A stretch of DNA of 64,000 nucleotides from Amphiscolops sp. MND2022 (Eukaryota). The stretch lies in assembly GCA_964187785.1 (NCBI GenBank), contig OZ076409.1:33792001-33856000 (forward strand). The letters run 5' to 3'. The first letter of the stretch is position 1. Every line of letters begins with the position of its first letter. Below the pieces are notes generated by a model that saw only the letters and a program-made list of their open reading frames with translations, did no database searches and was not told where the DNA came from. Shown piece by piece: positions 1 to 12,628 of the stretch. The position numbers were made by a program, and so were the translations under genes.

Positions 1-7
1 AACACGT

Positions 8-421
8 TTGGACTTACTCAAAGACCCGATGTATATTGAAGGTTATGCGTGTTGGCTGAATAACTTAGGAAATGGATTAGAAAAGTATAATATTCGTGTC
101 CATGGCACTACCAAAATGACACCTTTCGAAATGTCAACTAATCAAAAACTAATACCTACTTTGAAACCTAGCAGTAATAATAACAAACAACCAAACATCC
201 AGGTGGGAGATGTCGTAAAAGTTTTCGATAAACGTACACTATACAGTAGGGGTTACACATTTAATTGGAATGGAGAACTATTTAAAAAACACAGCATCAT
301 TATTACAAGTCCAGTGACCGTTGCTCTAGAAGATGAAAATGAAGAAATTATTCAAGGAAAATATTATGGTCAAGAACTTTTAGAAGTGTATTTGATTTTA
401 AATCTTATTCTAAAACACTAG
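8..421 (+). pseudogene. C-terminal part of Polinton-type retroviral-like integrase
   Basis: LEKYNIRVHGTTKMTPFE, IQVGDVVKV..K..YSRGYTFNWNGELFK and LEDENEEIIQGKYYGQEL match the typical Polinton integrase C-terminus. Confidence 0.8.
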
Positions 422-469
422 AAAATATGAATTTTTTTCCATTAATTAGAGTAATTTGTTTTATCATAA

Positions 470-980
470 ATGGATTCTATGTTTTCTTTGAAAAATTAAT
501 ATGCTGTTGATAAACATTTTCAAAAAATTCATTCTATAAAATATAATCCAAATAGCTTATCGCCAATCAATAATAAAAATTCAAATATGCCGGTAACTTT
601 GCCAAGAGAAGACGCTTATGTTTGTTTACAAAACTCCTATATATCAATAGATTTTGAAGTAGTAAAAGATGCTGATAATACGAGATACGCCGATTTCGAT
701 GAAATAGCCCTATTTAATTTTGGATCTGTTGCCCTTTTTTAGCGAGGCTAAGCTGACAACTAGTTTAGGGAAACACTTGGAAAAATTGACAACCTGCATA
801 TTTTAATTATAATGCATAAAACGTTAACTTCTCGCAAACAGACAAGTGAACAGATGAGTGGGTTTGAAGAATTGATTGCTGTCAGTAGACAAGAACAAAC
901 AAACAATAAGACAGAGTAAGGAACCTTTTTTTGCTAAAATTAAACTGAGTGACGTGTTTGGAATTGCTGATCAAGAAAAA
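470..980 (+). pseudogene. Probable Polinton/adintovirus major capsid protein, 5' half (stops, frameshifts)
   Basis: Manual translation MDSMFSLKN*YAVDK..LPREDAYVCLQNSYISIDFEV..SEAKLTTSLGKHLE..KIKLSDVFGIADQEK; continues in frame at 7710 (ITYGLSYTLTLKR). Confidence 0.6.
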
Positions 981-1184
981 ACATAGGCGCGACGGCATGT
1001 CGCGCTTGGGCACGAGCAGAAACGTTCAATGGTCTGCAGAAGGTGCTAGAAAATGTGTATATCCCAGATTCCAAAACCTAGTGAACTTATCTAGTCTCAG
1101 ATCAAGAAAATTTAGATGAAAGAACTAAAAAGAAAGATGAGAAATTGAAGGTTGAGAAAATGAAAATTGTAATTTTAGCGAAAA

Positions 1185-2760
1185 AACGTAGGCGTCATAC
1201 TTGATGACGGAAACTTTGATAGTACAAGAACTAGCCTACATCTTTGCATATCTCTGTGAGGGAGAATGGTTTTCGTATCTACTTTCACTTCTGGGAAAAA
1301 TCAGTTACAATTTGGGAAAAAGTGGAAATTTTTCGAATTTTTCTTCATCCATTTATTTGCCCAATAATACCAGAGTGAAAAAAAGTCGACGTCAATTTAA
1401 CCTTTAAACATAGTCTACTGAACCCTCGTACAAATTACGAAACCATGGACTCCGTATTCGTTCTCGGTCCTGATATACAGAATACAGATATACAAGCTCA
1501 AGTAAAAAAGAACTGAGAAATTTTTTTCAAAAACAAGTATTTTTAGCAGAAAAACGAAAGCGTCATACTTGATGACGAAAACTTGGTTAGTACAAAAAAA
1601 GCCCACATCCTTGCTATTTGTCTTGAGGAAGAATGGTTTCTGTATCTTTCGTCAGTGTTGAGAAACATGAGCTACAGTTGAGAAAAAACTTTTCGAAAAT
1701 TTTTTCATCCCTTTTTTATGCCCAAAAAGCGCAGTCGGGAAAATTTTTGACGTCATTTTTTAGCGAAAATGTAGCCTACGAAACGCTTGTATATTATACG
1801 AAACCTTGGACCCTGTATCTGGTCTCGGTTTTGAGAAATAAGGGAAGAAAGATGAAACACTCTAAAAATTTGCGTTTTTTCAAAATTTCTTTTCAAAAAA
1901 AAACCAGGAATCCGAATTCTTTTTGAAAAATTTTTTCAACGAAAAGGTAGCCAAGGATTCTACCCAACTTTTGACTAGGACAAAGGTTTTTCGTATCTCT
2001 TTTCAGTTCTGAGGAAAATTAGTTACAAATTATGAAAAAATGGGAAATTTTTCGAATTTTTTTTTCATCCCTTTATTTGCCCAAAAAAACCGGAGCAAAA
2101 AAAATCGACGTCATTATTGGTTTTAAACGCAGCCGACTGAGCCCTAGTACAAATTACGAAACCATGGACTACGTATTTGTTCTCGGTCTTGAGATATAGG
2201 GGCTCAAGTATAAAATAAATAGGAAAATTTTTCAAAAAAAAACAAGTATTTTTAGCAGAAAAACGAACGCGTCATACGTGATGACGGAAACTATGTTGGT
2301 ACAAAACCTAGCTTACATCCTTGCTGTTTATCTTGAGGGAGAATGGTTTCTGTATCTTTCGTCAGTTTTGAGAAATATGAGCAACAAATGAGAAAAAAAT
2401 TTTCGACATTTTTTTCCATCAATTTTTTTGCCCAAAAAACGAAGTCTGAAAAAAAATTGACGCCAATTTTGAGCGAAAATGTAGCCTATGAAACGCTTGT
2501 AAATTACAAAAAAACATGGACCCTGTATTTGATCCTGGTTCTGAGAAATACGGCTTCAAACATAAAAAATAGTCAAAAATAGCGTTTTTTCAAAACTTCT
2601 TTTTGAAAAAAACCATGAAGCCGAATTTTTTTCGAATTTTTTTTTCGACGAAAATGTAGCCCAGGAACCTGCGCAACTTTTAGCGGAAACATGGTGTCCG
2701 TATCTGTTATGGGTTTTGAGAAATTTGCCGCACAAGTTTGAAAAGTTGGCACATGTCACG
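1185..2760. repeat. Internal ~355-bp degenerate tandem units of family A, with an extra ~710-bp duplication in A1
   Basis: gcgtcatacttgatgacg(g/a)aaact-like motif recurs at ~1192, 1560 and 2268, and at ~4867 and 5227 in A2. Confidence 0.7.
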
Positions 2761-2775
2761 AAATCTGCAAAAAAA

Positions 2776-4650
2776 ACATAGGCGCAAAGGAATTTGCGCA
2801 CGGCTTCGAGCGACAGGTCCCGCAGCCATAATTGACTATCATCATGTGCATTTGAACCATATTACCAAGTTATTAGCTATGACGAATAGCTAAGGTTATA
2901 TACGGCACGAGAATGCTCAAAATACAATGAAATTGAAAAGAATTGCGGGTATTAATCTTTTGAAGCCTAACTTTTTTGGCCTTTACCACTATATAAAAGG
3001 AAGGGCTGCCCTAGTTATCAATTGGACGGTTGATATGTGCCATCACTAGCAAGTATACTTTCAGTTCCAAAAAATAGCTGAATTGTGCATCAAACAACCT
3101 TCCAGCATCAGTGGGCACCGTTGGAAACGTATTCCAGAGGATGAATAACCTGTTAAAATTTGCGAATGGGGCAAAATCACGAAAAGATCCGAAATCATTT
3201 TTGTTTTCAATACAACGTAGTTGAATATCATTGCACAGCGAGGTGTGAATATAACTTAGTGTTGTCTTGATTTAATCGTTGCATATGACATCAAATCTCT
3301 CAGGAATATTGCGGTAATGCATAATACCTTCTGTGCAGATATTCACTGGATAGAATACGTTAAGAACGGAAATTTCGCGGTTTTACGCTTCAAACAACCA
3401 CATCATCAATAACTAACGGTGAGTATGTACTTCAGTGGTCCAATATTATCTCACTCTCGAAAACCCATACATCGAGAGGTCTGAAAAAAACTTTGGTTTC
3501 CGACATCAAAAATGGACAAAAAAACTATTCACCGAAAATTTTACAGGCATGAGACAAAGCAAATCAATGAGCAATTATGGAGTATATGATTCAAAGTACA
3601 TTACCGATAGGTCTTCGAGAATTTGTACATTTTCTACTAGCAGTATAAATAAATAAAAACCTTCCAAGGATGAAGTCAGCATTTTTAACAACAGCCGTGC
3701 AAATAAGACAGTAGGAGGGTTACTAGGGGTAATCAGACCGCAATCTATGCATTTTTACAAGACCGATCCGGTAACTTCGTCTATTTCACTCCTTCCTAAG
3801 ATTAGTTTGGAAAATCTATATTTAAAAATTGAAGGATCAAATATTCATTTATTTCAAGATTCGTAGTAAAGCACAATTTGTATAATATACAATGAACTGC
3901 CCGAAAATCCAACAACATTTAAATCTTCACCAACAAATTCAGTTCCAACAATTTGTTGAGTTTTTGGATGGTCTCGAAGTATTAGGCTCCGAGAAAATAG
4001 GCCAAAAATTTTACAAAATTGAATAAAGAGAGCAATTTATCAAAAATTCAAAAAATTTAAAAACTTTTTTGTCTCTATCTGTCCGACGTAAACGTTGTGA
4101 CTTTCCAATTTCTAACTTTGGGCAGCTAAGCAGACCTGTTATCGAGTAGAAACACCACTGCTTGGATTAGAACTGATTGCTACTTGAAAATAGGTTGAGA
4201 ATTTTTACGCAAAAAAACCGAAAATTTTTCCTATTTTTAATGGTCATTTTCGCAAAGCCCAATAATTCTAGGATAAAAAAACTTTCACCAAATTAAAGAA
4301 AACATCGTTTTACGTCGGTTAGTACCTACATCGGGCCAATTCGCTGTGGTTTGGGAAAAGAAAAATAGCAAAATCGACAAAAACCCTAAAAATTTTCGAA
4401 AATTTCGCGCTTTCGAAGCTAATAAAATCGCGCCGGTGGAAAATTTTCGGAAAGTTTTTACACGGTTAGAAAGAGCATCAAGTTGCGTTTCTTTTTGGAA
4501 AGTTTGGATGGTCGCGAAAAAATAGGCTCTGAGAAAATAGCCTTCAATTAATACAAATGCAGAGGGTATGTCACGCGAAAAAAAACCAAAACGCTAGTAA
4601 ACGCGGAACAATAGAGACTTCGTCGCTTCGCTTCGCTCGCTCGAAGCCTC
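2776..4650 (-). mobile_element. Non-autonomous Helentron-type element, family B, copy B1
   Basis: Sub-TIR ggcttcgagcg (2802-2812) / cgctcgaagcc (4638-4648). 3' hairpin gcgcaaa-ggaa-tttgcgc (2782-2799) plus CTATGT. Flanked by A runs. Confidence 0.75.
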
Positions 4651-4655
4651 AAAAA

Positions 4656-7600
4656 ACATAGGCGCGACGGCATGTCGCGCTTGGGCACGAGCAGAAACGT
4701 TCAATGGTCTGCAGATGTTGTTACAAATTCTTTGTGTTCCAGGGCCCACAACTTTGTGAACTTATCCAGTCTCAGATGAAGATATTTTGATGAAAGAACT
4801 AAAAAGATGAAGGAAATTTTTTTTTGAGAAAAATGAAAAAAATGTATTTTTGGCACAAACCCGAAGGCGTCATACTTCATGACGGAAACTTTGATAGTAC
4901 AAACAGTAGCCTACATACTTGCCTCACTTTGTGAGGGACAATGAATTTCGTATCTATTTTCAGTTCTGAGACATATCAGCTACAAATTGGAAAAAAATGG
5001 AAAAAATGCAGAAAAAAATTTTCAAAAATCCATTTGCTAAAAAATCCAGAGCGAAAAAAATTCGACTTCGCTTTTGTCCTAAAACGTAGCCTACATAGGC
5101 CTCGTAAAATTAACGAGACCATGAACGCCATATTTGGTCTCGGTCATGAGATATACGAGCTCAAGTAAAAAAGAACCAAGAATTTTTTTTCAAAAAAATT
5201 GAAGTTTTTTTGGCAGAAAAACGAAGGCGTCATACATATTGACGGTAACTTTGTTGGTCCACAAAAGAGCCTATATCTATGTTGTTCTTCTCGAAAGAAA
5301 ACGGGTTCTGTATCTTTTATCAGTTTTGAGAAATATGAGCTACGAATGAGAAAAAAATTTTCGAAAAATTTTTTGCATTCTTTTTTGCCCAAAAACACCA
5401 AGTATGTAAAAACATTTTGACGTCATTTTTAGGCCAAAATGTAGCCAATGAAACGCTTGTACAATTTTCGAAACCATGGACCCTGTATTTGGTCTCAGTT
5501 CTGAGCTATAGGGTATCAAAGATAAAAAATAGTAAAAAAAAACGTTTTCTCAAAAATTCTTTTGAAAAAAACCCATGAAGTCGAATTTTTTTCAAAAACT
5601 TTTTTCGGCGAAAATGTAGCCTAGGATCCTGCGCAAACTTTTAGCGAAAACATGGTGTCCGTATCTGTTGTGGGTTTTGAGAAATTTGCTTCATAAGTTT
5701 GAAAAATTGGCACATGTCACGAAATCTGCGAAAAAAAAACATAGGCGCAAATGAATTTGCGCACAGCTTCGAGCGACAGGTCCCGCAGCCATAATTGACT
5801 ATCATCATGTGCATTTGAACCATATTACCAAGTTATTAGCTATGACGAATAGCTAAGGTTATATACGGCACGAGAATGCTCAAAATATAATGAAATTGAA
5901 AAGAATTGCGGGTATTAATCCTATGAAGCTTAACTTTTCCGGCCTTTACCACTATATAAAAGGAAGGGCTGCCCTAGTTATCAATAGGACGGTTGATATG
6001 TGCCATCACTAGCAAGTATACTTTCAGTTCTAAAAATTAGCTGAAATGTGCATCAAACAACCTTCCAGCATCAGTGGGCACCGTTGGAAACGTATTCCAG
6101 AGGATGAATAACCTGTTAAAATTTGCGAATGGGGCAAAATCACGAAAAGATCCGAAATCATTTTTGTTTTCAATACAACGTAGTTGAATATCATTGCACA
6201 GCGAGGTGTGAATATAACTTAGTGTTGTCTTGATTTAATCGTTGCATATTACATCAAATCTCTCAGGAATATTGCGGTAATGCATAATACCTTCTGTGCA
6301 GATATTCACTGGATAGAGTACGTTAAGAACGGAAATTTCGCGGTTTTACGCTTCAAACAACCACATCATCAATAACTAACGGTGAGTATGTACTCCAGTG
6401 GTCCAATATGATCTCACTCTCGAAAACCCATACATCGAGAGGTCTGAAAAAAACTTTGGTTTCCGACATCAAAAATGGACAAAAAAACTATTCACCGAAA
6501 ATTTTACAGGCATGAGACAAAGCAAATCAATGAGCAATTATGGAGTATATGATTCAATGTACATTACCGATAGGTCTTCGAGCATTTTTACATTTTCTAC
6601 TAGCAGTATAAATAAATATTTTGAAGGATGAATACCTTCCAAGGATGAAGTCAGCATTTTTAACAACAGCCGTGCAAATAAGACAGTAGGAGGGTTACAA
6701 GGGGTAATCAGACCGCAATCTATGCATTTTTACAAGACCGATCCGGTAACTTCGTCTATTTCACTCCTTCCTAAGATTAGTTTGGAAAATGTATCTCTAA
6801 AAATTGAAGGATCAAATATTCATTTATTTCAAGATTCGTAGTAAAGCACAATTTGTATAATATACAATGAACTGCCCGAAAATCCAACAACATTTAAATC
6901 TTCACCAACAAATTCAGTTCCAACAATTTGTTGAGTTTTTGGATGGTCTCGAAGTATTAGGCTCTGAGAAAATAGGCCAAAAATTTTACAAAATTGAATA
7001 AAGAGAGCAATTTATCAAAAATTCAAAAAATTTGAAAACTTTTTTGTCTCTATCTGTCCGACGTAAACGTTGTGACTTTCCAATTTCTAACTTTGGGCAG
7101 CTAAGCAGACCTGTTATCGAGTAGAAACACCACTGCTTGGATTATAACTGATTGCTACTTGAAAATAGGTTGAGAAATTTTTTACGCAAAAAAACCGAAA
7201 ATTTTTCCTATTTTTAATGGTCATTTTCGCAAAGCCCAATAATTCTAGGATAAAAAACTTTCACCAAATTAAAGAAAACATCGTTTTACGTCGGTTAGTA
7301 CCTACATCGGGCCAATTCGCTGTGGTTTGCGAAAAAAAAATAGCAAAATCGACAAAAACCCTAAAAATTTTCGAAAATTTCGCGCTTTCGAAGCTAAAAA
7401 AATCGCGCCGGTGGAAAATTTTCGGAAAGTTTTTACACGGTTAGAAAGAGCATCAAGTTGCGTTTCTTTTTGGAAAGTTTGATTGGTCGCGGAAAAGTAG
7501 GCTCTGAGAAAATAGCCTTCAATTATTACAAAGGCAGAGGGTATGTCACGCGAAAAAAAAACCAAAACGCTAGTAAACGCGGAACAATAGAGACTTCGTC

Positions 7601-7667
7601 GCTTCGCTTCGCTCGCTCGAAGCCTCAAAAACGTCACCATATGGGCATCTCGCAAAGCTCGTGCCCC
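4656..7667 (-). mobile_element. Helentron-type family A, inner copy A2 (contains B2)
   Basis: First ~60 bp identical to the A1 3' end, then diverged. Its own 41-bp 5' end is at 7627-7667, identical to 7668-7708. Confidence 0.7.
5739..7626 (-). mobile_element. Helentron-type family B, copy B2
   Basis: Near-identical to 2776-4650 along its whole length, with the same termini. Confidence 0.75.
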
Positions 7668-7708
7668 AAAAACGTCACCATATGGGCATCTCGCAAAGCT
7701 CGTGCCCC

Positions 7709-8437
7709 AATTACTTATGGTTTAAGTTATACTCTTACATTAAAACGTAACAATAACAACGATGTTATCTTCCGTTGTGCTGGTGTAGATGCTGCAGAAA
7801 AAGTTATAAAAAATATTGGTTGTCTTTTCCACACTTTACACGTAGATTAGAAAACCAACAAATTGCGATGGATCAGTTACTGAACAAAGATACAACAGAA
7901 TTCTTTTTTATAGGAAGAATTGTTTTTAAAAAAGATGTAAACACTAATAATACTTCGACCTTTGACTTCGGTAATAGTGGTGAGTGTACTCCTACGTTTG
8001 TAATAGTTGGATTTCAAGCTAGAGCCAAAATCGATTCGCGAACACACGACAATGCTATATTCGATTAACTTCCTAATTCTAATGCTGTTTTAGAAATAGG
8101 ATCGGAAAACTACCCTGTTGATGGAATTGACTGCGACTACGATAGAGACAAATACCGTGAAGCATATCAAGAAATGGAAAATTTCTCTCAATTGCATACT
8201 GAATCTAACATAATGCCACCACTTATTGATATGATACTGACAAATTCAGGCCAAATGACAGTTTTTATGTAATTGACTTATCCAAAAAAATATCATATTG
8301 CGATTCAGCCTATTAGATTAGAATTTAAATTTAGTGCTAACATAAATGTAGCAGATTATACAGCTTATGCTCTGGTCCTAACACCCAAGCTGATTAGTAT
8401 CAGGAGTGATGGACAAAGACATTTTGATTTGATATAA
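7709..8437 (+). pseudogene. Probable Polinton/adintovirus major capsid protein, 3' half
   Basis: ITYGLSYTLTLKRNNNND..PTFVIVGFQAR..DNAIFD*LP..IGSENYP..QPIRLEFKF..YTAYALVLTPKLISIRSDGQRHFDLI*, with frameshifts and stops. Confidence 0.6.
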
Positions 8438-8659
8438 ACAATATATTATATCTAAAATGAAATAATAATAATATATTATTTATATCTAAAATTATGAAAG
8501 AAGTGCTCGATCACGTATCAGTTTTTTGAGCTGTTGATGGGTTAGATTTTCTTTTAGATACCACGTATATAATTGAATTTCTTCATCTGTTTTATTTCAA
8601 ATTGTTTCTTTACGATACAAAAGTACAAACTTCAAACAATATAGACATGGACAATCGCT

Positions 8660-9233
8660 TTGTTGTGTGTGTTTATCCATTGGTAAACATTTTATTGGTT
8701 ATATATACATACGCTTATCGTCAAAGAAGATTCAAAGGTAATTTGTTTTGGTATTGTAACTGTTAATTGATGTAAGTTTGATTGAATTGAAGAATTTGTT
8801 GCATTTGTTGTTTCGGACATAAGCAATGAATTCTTTTAATCTTTACAATTGGGGGCTTTTTGTATTCCTTTTTTTCTTTCCTTTATTTTTCATTATGAGA
8901 GAAGGTTATTGATTTTGATCGTGAAGCTATCTAGTACTAATACCGGACTTGTTTCAATTTTGATTTTTCCTACACCTTTTTTGTTAATAGGATCATATGA
9001 TTGATGATTTGTATCTAATTCACTAAAATTAATGTAAATGCACTTTTTAATACCATTACGTTTCTAAACATTTCTAATAAAGTTCATACATTAACCGTTC
9101 ACTTATTTCTAACACAGAGAGCCCCAAAGAAATTGGTTTATCAAAGACTGTTTTCTCTTTATCAAAATTGTACACACTAAAATGTTCATACCAGTTGACG
9201 ATACCTTTGAAACCTTACTTGGATTGTTATTTT
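8660..9233 (-). pseudogene. Protein-primed DNA polymerase B, degenerate C-terminal fragment
   Basis: Minus-strand translation gives FDKPISLGLSVLEISERLMYELY, FSELDTNH..NKKGVGKIKIET, KKKGIQKA and FDDKRMY. Cut at ~9234 by a Helentron-type repeat. Confidence 0.8.
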
Positions 9234-9970
9234 AGTCGGCGCATCTCAGTAGAAAATGTGCCCGACTCCTACAGTGGGTAGTTTTTTTAGACACGAAAGG
9301 TCCACTTTTTTGTTCATTTGTTCAGTTTGACCAAAACTTACCGCAAACCTTAGAACCCCATCCAAAACTATAAAACCAACGTCTAGAACCTTGAAAACAA
9401 CTAAGGATCCCCACTTTGGCTATCTGGGTGTTTTTAACTTGGATTTGTTTTGGCACTATAGAACGTTTTTTCGAAAATTTTTTGATTGTACCAAAGGGTC
9501 CCCCCTTCTTTTTTTTGATTTTTTGCAACAAAATAGATGTTTGAAAATCCCAAAGGGTCCCCCTTTCAGATACTTCGGCACTATCCTGCCGAATTTGAGA
9601 CTGTTCAAAATTGTCATTTTTCATCTGACATTAAGTTTTCTCAATACATATCCACCAATATTTTTTTCAATACTATCCGAAGTAATACTATTTGAACGTA
9701 ATATCCGGAGTAAGGCGCTATATCCGAATTTTTGACGTTATTTCCGAAGTATACTCCGTTTCACTGAGGAGGAGGCGGAGGTTCGAAAACAAGTGCATTT
9801 GTCCCAGCCGCTATATCCGAACTTCTGATGCGTTTTCCCAGCACGGAAGGCTTCCTTTGGGTGAAACTTCCTTGTGAGTTTTTCATTTAAAAAAGTCATG
9901 AGCATATTTTGAAAATTTTGCACTTTTTGAGCCTTAGATATAGCGCCGACTTTGGCCGTTCTCGGCTTGT
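9234..9970 (+). mobile_element. Helentron-associated (DINE-1/HINE-like) element, family C
   Basis: Tn-agtcggcgc 5' end; 3' gcgccgact sub-TIR, hairpin ggccg-ttct-cggct and TGTT; internal aaagggtccccc motifs. Confidence 0.7.
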
Positions 9971-10030
9971 TATTATTTGTTGTATGTGAGAATGATCAAT
10001 GAATTGTAGATTTGTTCCATTTCTTACATT

Positions 10031-10264
10031 TTCCATAGTTTTACCTAAAGTCTAAAATCACTATTTTTGTGGAAAAACGTCTACAATCACTGTATTTTGG
10101 TAGAATAAGATCTAAAACACCGTATTTTACTGGAATAATGTTCAGAATAACCGTATTCCGGTAAAATAACGTCTAAAATTCACTTTTTTTGGGAATAACG
10201 TCCAAGTCACTAATTTTGTGGAAGAACGTCTAAAATCAATGTAATTTGGTAGAATAAGATCTAC
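10031..10264. repeat. ~30-bp degenerate minisatellite (~8 units)
   Basis: Units like tctaaaatcactgtattttggtagaataaga; the same motif occurs reversed at ~60465-60625. Confidence 0.75.
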
Positions 10265-10362
10265 CATCAATTACTATAGTGATTTATTTTCGTTGAGCTG
10301 TAAGAACGAATTATTATTTTTTAATTTGAGCTTTTTCAAAACATTTGAAATAAAAGTCTCAC

Positions 10363-10838
10363 CTGATCAATACTTGCTCGTCACCTGCCTGATAATCAAT
10401 TTGAAAATGCTCCAAGGTTGAAATCAGGATGCACCTTCTTCCATTATACACTGTTGTAGGTATTGGCAGGCTTGATAGATCTAGTTTGTTTTCACAGCTG
10501 CTTACATTAGAATTGAACGCCCGTTCCGAAAATAAACTCTTTGAAAAAATAAGCGAAATAGTGCATAGTGAGTTTCCTGTGTTCGACTGTGAATAGGTGA
10601 ATTCAAATGAGGAAGTGGTTTCGTATGAATAATGAAACGCAAGATTCACAGCAGCTTTTAAGGGTTGAATAACTTGGGCAGAAATAGAGTTGAAATAAGC
10701 GCATTAAGATACGAACAAAAAACGGGTTCCGGAAGAAACATTGTTTCATTCCAAGAATAGATCTGGAACAATTTCGCATTTGCGATGATCTACCTCCTGT
10801 ATCATACATATGATTCTTTGCTTTCTTGGCATTGCGAA
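10363..10838 (-). pseudogene. Possible decayed exon of an unknown gene
   Basis: Acceptor tttttcataacacag at 10839, donor cag|gtgag at 10362; one frame of 158 codons with only 2 stops; no recognisable domain. Confidence 0.3.
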
Positions 10839-11901
10839 CTGTGTTATGAAAAACAGATAAAAAATAATTGCCTTACACTTAAACTTGTGTTTTCTTACAG
10901 GGTGAAAGGCCCTTAAATCGTTTTCAGTATAACCCGTTGTATGAAAAAGTTGTTGTATTGAAAAAGTGTATTGAACCCGTTGTTGTATGAAAAAGTGTTC
11001 CTAATATCTTGAATTTCAATTATTCTTCACTTCCACAGTTGGTCTCAGATCAAAATTTTTTTGAGTTAAAAAATTGTAACCGACATCATTATGGGATGAA
11101 ATGAATTCCTGACCGTTGGCTCGTTCTGACGAAGACCGAAACGAGGGGAGCGGATTCTACTCAAAGAAGCATTTTTGTTAAAATGTCATTTGAGAAACTT
11201 TTGATTGAAATTAATCCTGGGGGGTTCGTGAAAAATTTCAGTATATAACCAAAGTAACCGAGAACCATGTATGAATTTACTACAAAAAAAACAAGCATCA
11301 TCCTTAAATAAGCTTGAGGTTACAAGGACTTAAGTGGACGGTAAAGTCTGTGAAAAAAGTGTCGATCTATTTGAAGCCAAGCATCACAGAAATTCACGTG
11401 ATTCAAAACTGACATTTGCGTTGAAAACTCGGATTCGCATAAATCCGTGACATTTACAAGGCTTTTTTGTTGTTTTTCTTTTCGGTGAAATGTCACATAA
11501 TGATAACTTTATTTTCGCCAGTTTTTACTCAGATATTTACCCGAACAGAACCTTAGATTTTGAGAAATATTCAGTATGAAAAAGCTGTGTCGAAATGTAT
11601 TTGTAGATTGCTAGAAATCCGCGCAATTCCTTGTTTTTTATCTAAGTTACCGTGAACTTCAGCGTGACGTGAAGTCTCACTTATTCTCCGCGAAAGTGAC
11701 TAATATTAATCCGCAAGTGTATCTGCCATTCCAGTTTAAATCTAATTGCTTTAATAATTTTCATTAGGGCTTTTTGATGGTAGACGGAAGATTACGAACA
11801 GAAATATTGACGTCTGAATTGCGGTCATTTTTTAAATTTAACAACGTCGGATTTAACTCTGGCTATTTTGAACAAAGAATAGGATCGGAGAAGCTATATA
11901 C

Positions 11902-12628
11902 TGTAACGATAAGCGCCTGCGCTTGAACCGCAACGTAGAGTGGAGGAACTAGAACAGCGAATATAATCTGGGACTTAGATCTCCGCGGCCCTAGCTCATT
12001 TTCCCAAGGTGGGGGAACCGTCTTGCAAGAAACTCTCTGGCCTGGTCCCAGTCTGTAACTGCTAAAAGTAACAGGCATCTTGCATAGCTCAAGACCACTG
12101 CTCAACTAGCTTTAAAAAGGGGGGCTGAAAACAAGAGGAGGTTGAGCCATAGTATTGGAGAATCTGATAAAATCGACATATCCAAATAGGTAAATATAGA
12201 TGTTCAAGGGCAGCTCTCGAGCATATCAATCTACATCAAAGAGAAATACAACAAAATTAACAGTTTGAGTCATTTTGGTAGAAATTGACCTCGGCTCCCA
12301 GCGCTAACGCTCGTCACCACACAGGACACTGCAAGGATACTCAGGCAAACATCTGGAACACGGGTTTCCGGTACTATAGTAGTGTCGATCTCTTGGGATG
12401 AGCACAATACCGTGTTTTTTGGACGAAAAGTACGTCTTTTTTGTCGTTTTCTTCCGTTCGCTCTTCGCGGGCGGCGATTTCTGCTTTTTTGGGGTGCTTT
12501 TCTGGCAGGTACTTCATCTTGAGCATGTTTGAGTGCCACGTCAGATTTGAACGAATTTTTGGCAAAATTTCTGAACATGTCGAGTTGCAACATCGGTGGA
12601 TATTGCTGTACCAGAGCTTGCCGTTACA
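11902..12628 (-). mobile_element. Solo-LTR-like element, inverted relative to 63210-63952 (true sense strand unknown)
   Basis: TGTAACG...CGTTACA ends and full-length similarity to the second copy. TSD not clean. Confidence 0.75.

Larger units (their letters stand above)
981..7708 (-). mobile_element. Non-autonomous Helentron-type element, family A, outer copy A1 (host of nested insertions)
   Basis: Subterminal IR gggcacgagc (1008-1017) / gctcgtgccc (7698-7707). 3' hairpin gcgcgac-N5-gtcgcgc (987-1005) followed by CTATGT-Tn on the minus strand. Inserted in an A/T run with no TSD. Confidence 0.75.
1..9233. mobile_element. Decayed Polinton/Maverick (adintovirus-like) element remnant; left end outside the window
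   Basis: Integrase (+), capsid-like pseudogene (+) and convergent protein-primed PolB (-) are adjacent once the 981-7708 insertion is removed. No TIRs seen. Confidence 0.8.

Noticed and set aside
3435..3656. Repeated short ORFs (MVQY..) in both B copies, and MVSVSF.. ORFs in A
   Set aside because: They recur only because the DNA is repeated; no domain is recognisable and lengths are not conserved.
10031..10264. 30-bp periodic array as a CRISPR
   Set aside because: Contiguous degenerate units with no unique spacers, no cas genes, and a eukaryotic context.
11118..11150. Hammerhead-like CTGACGA..GAAAC
   Set aside because: No stem I between the putative cleavage triplet and CUGANGA, and no stem II; it is only a simple hairpin.
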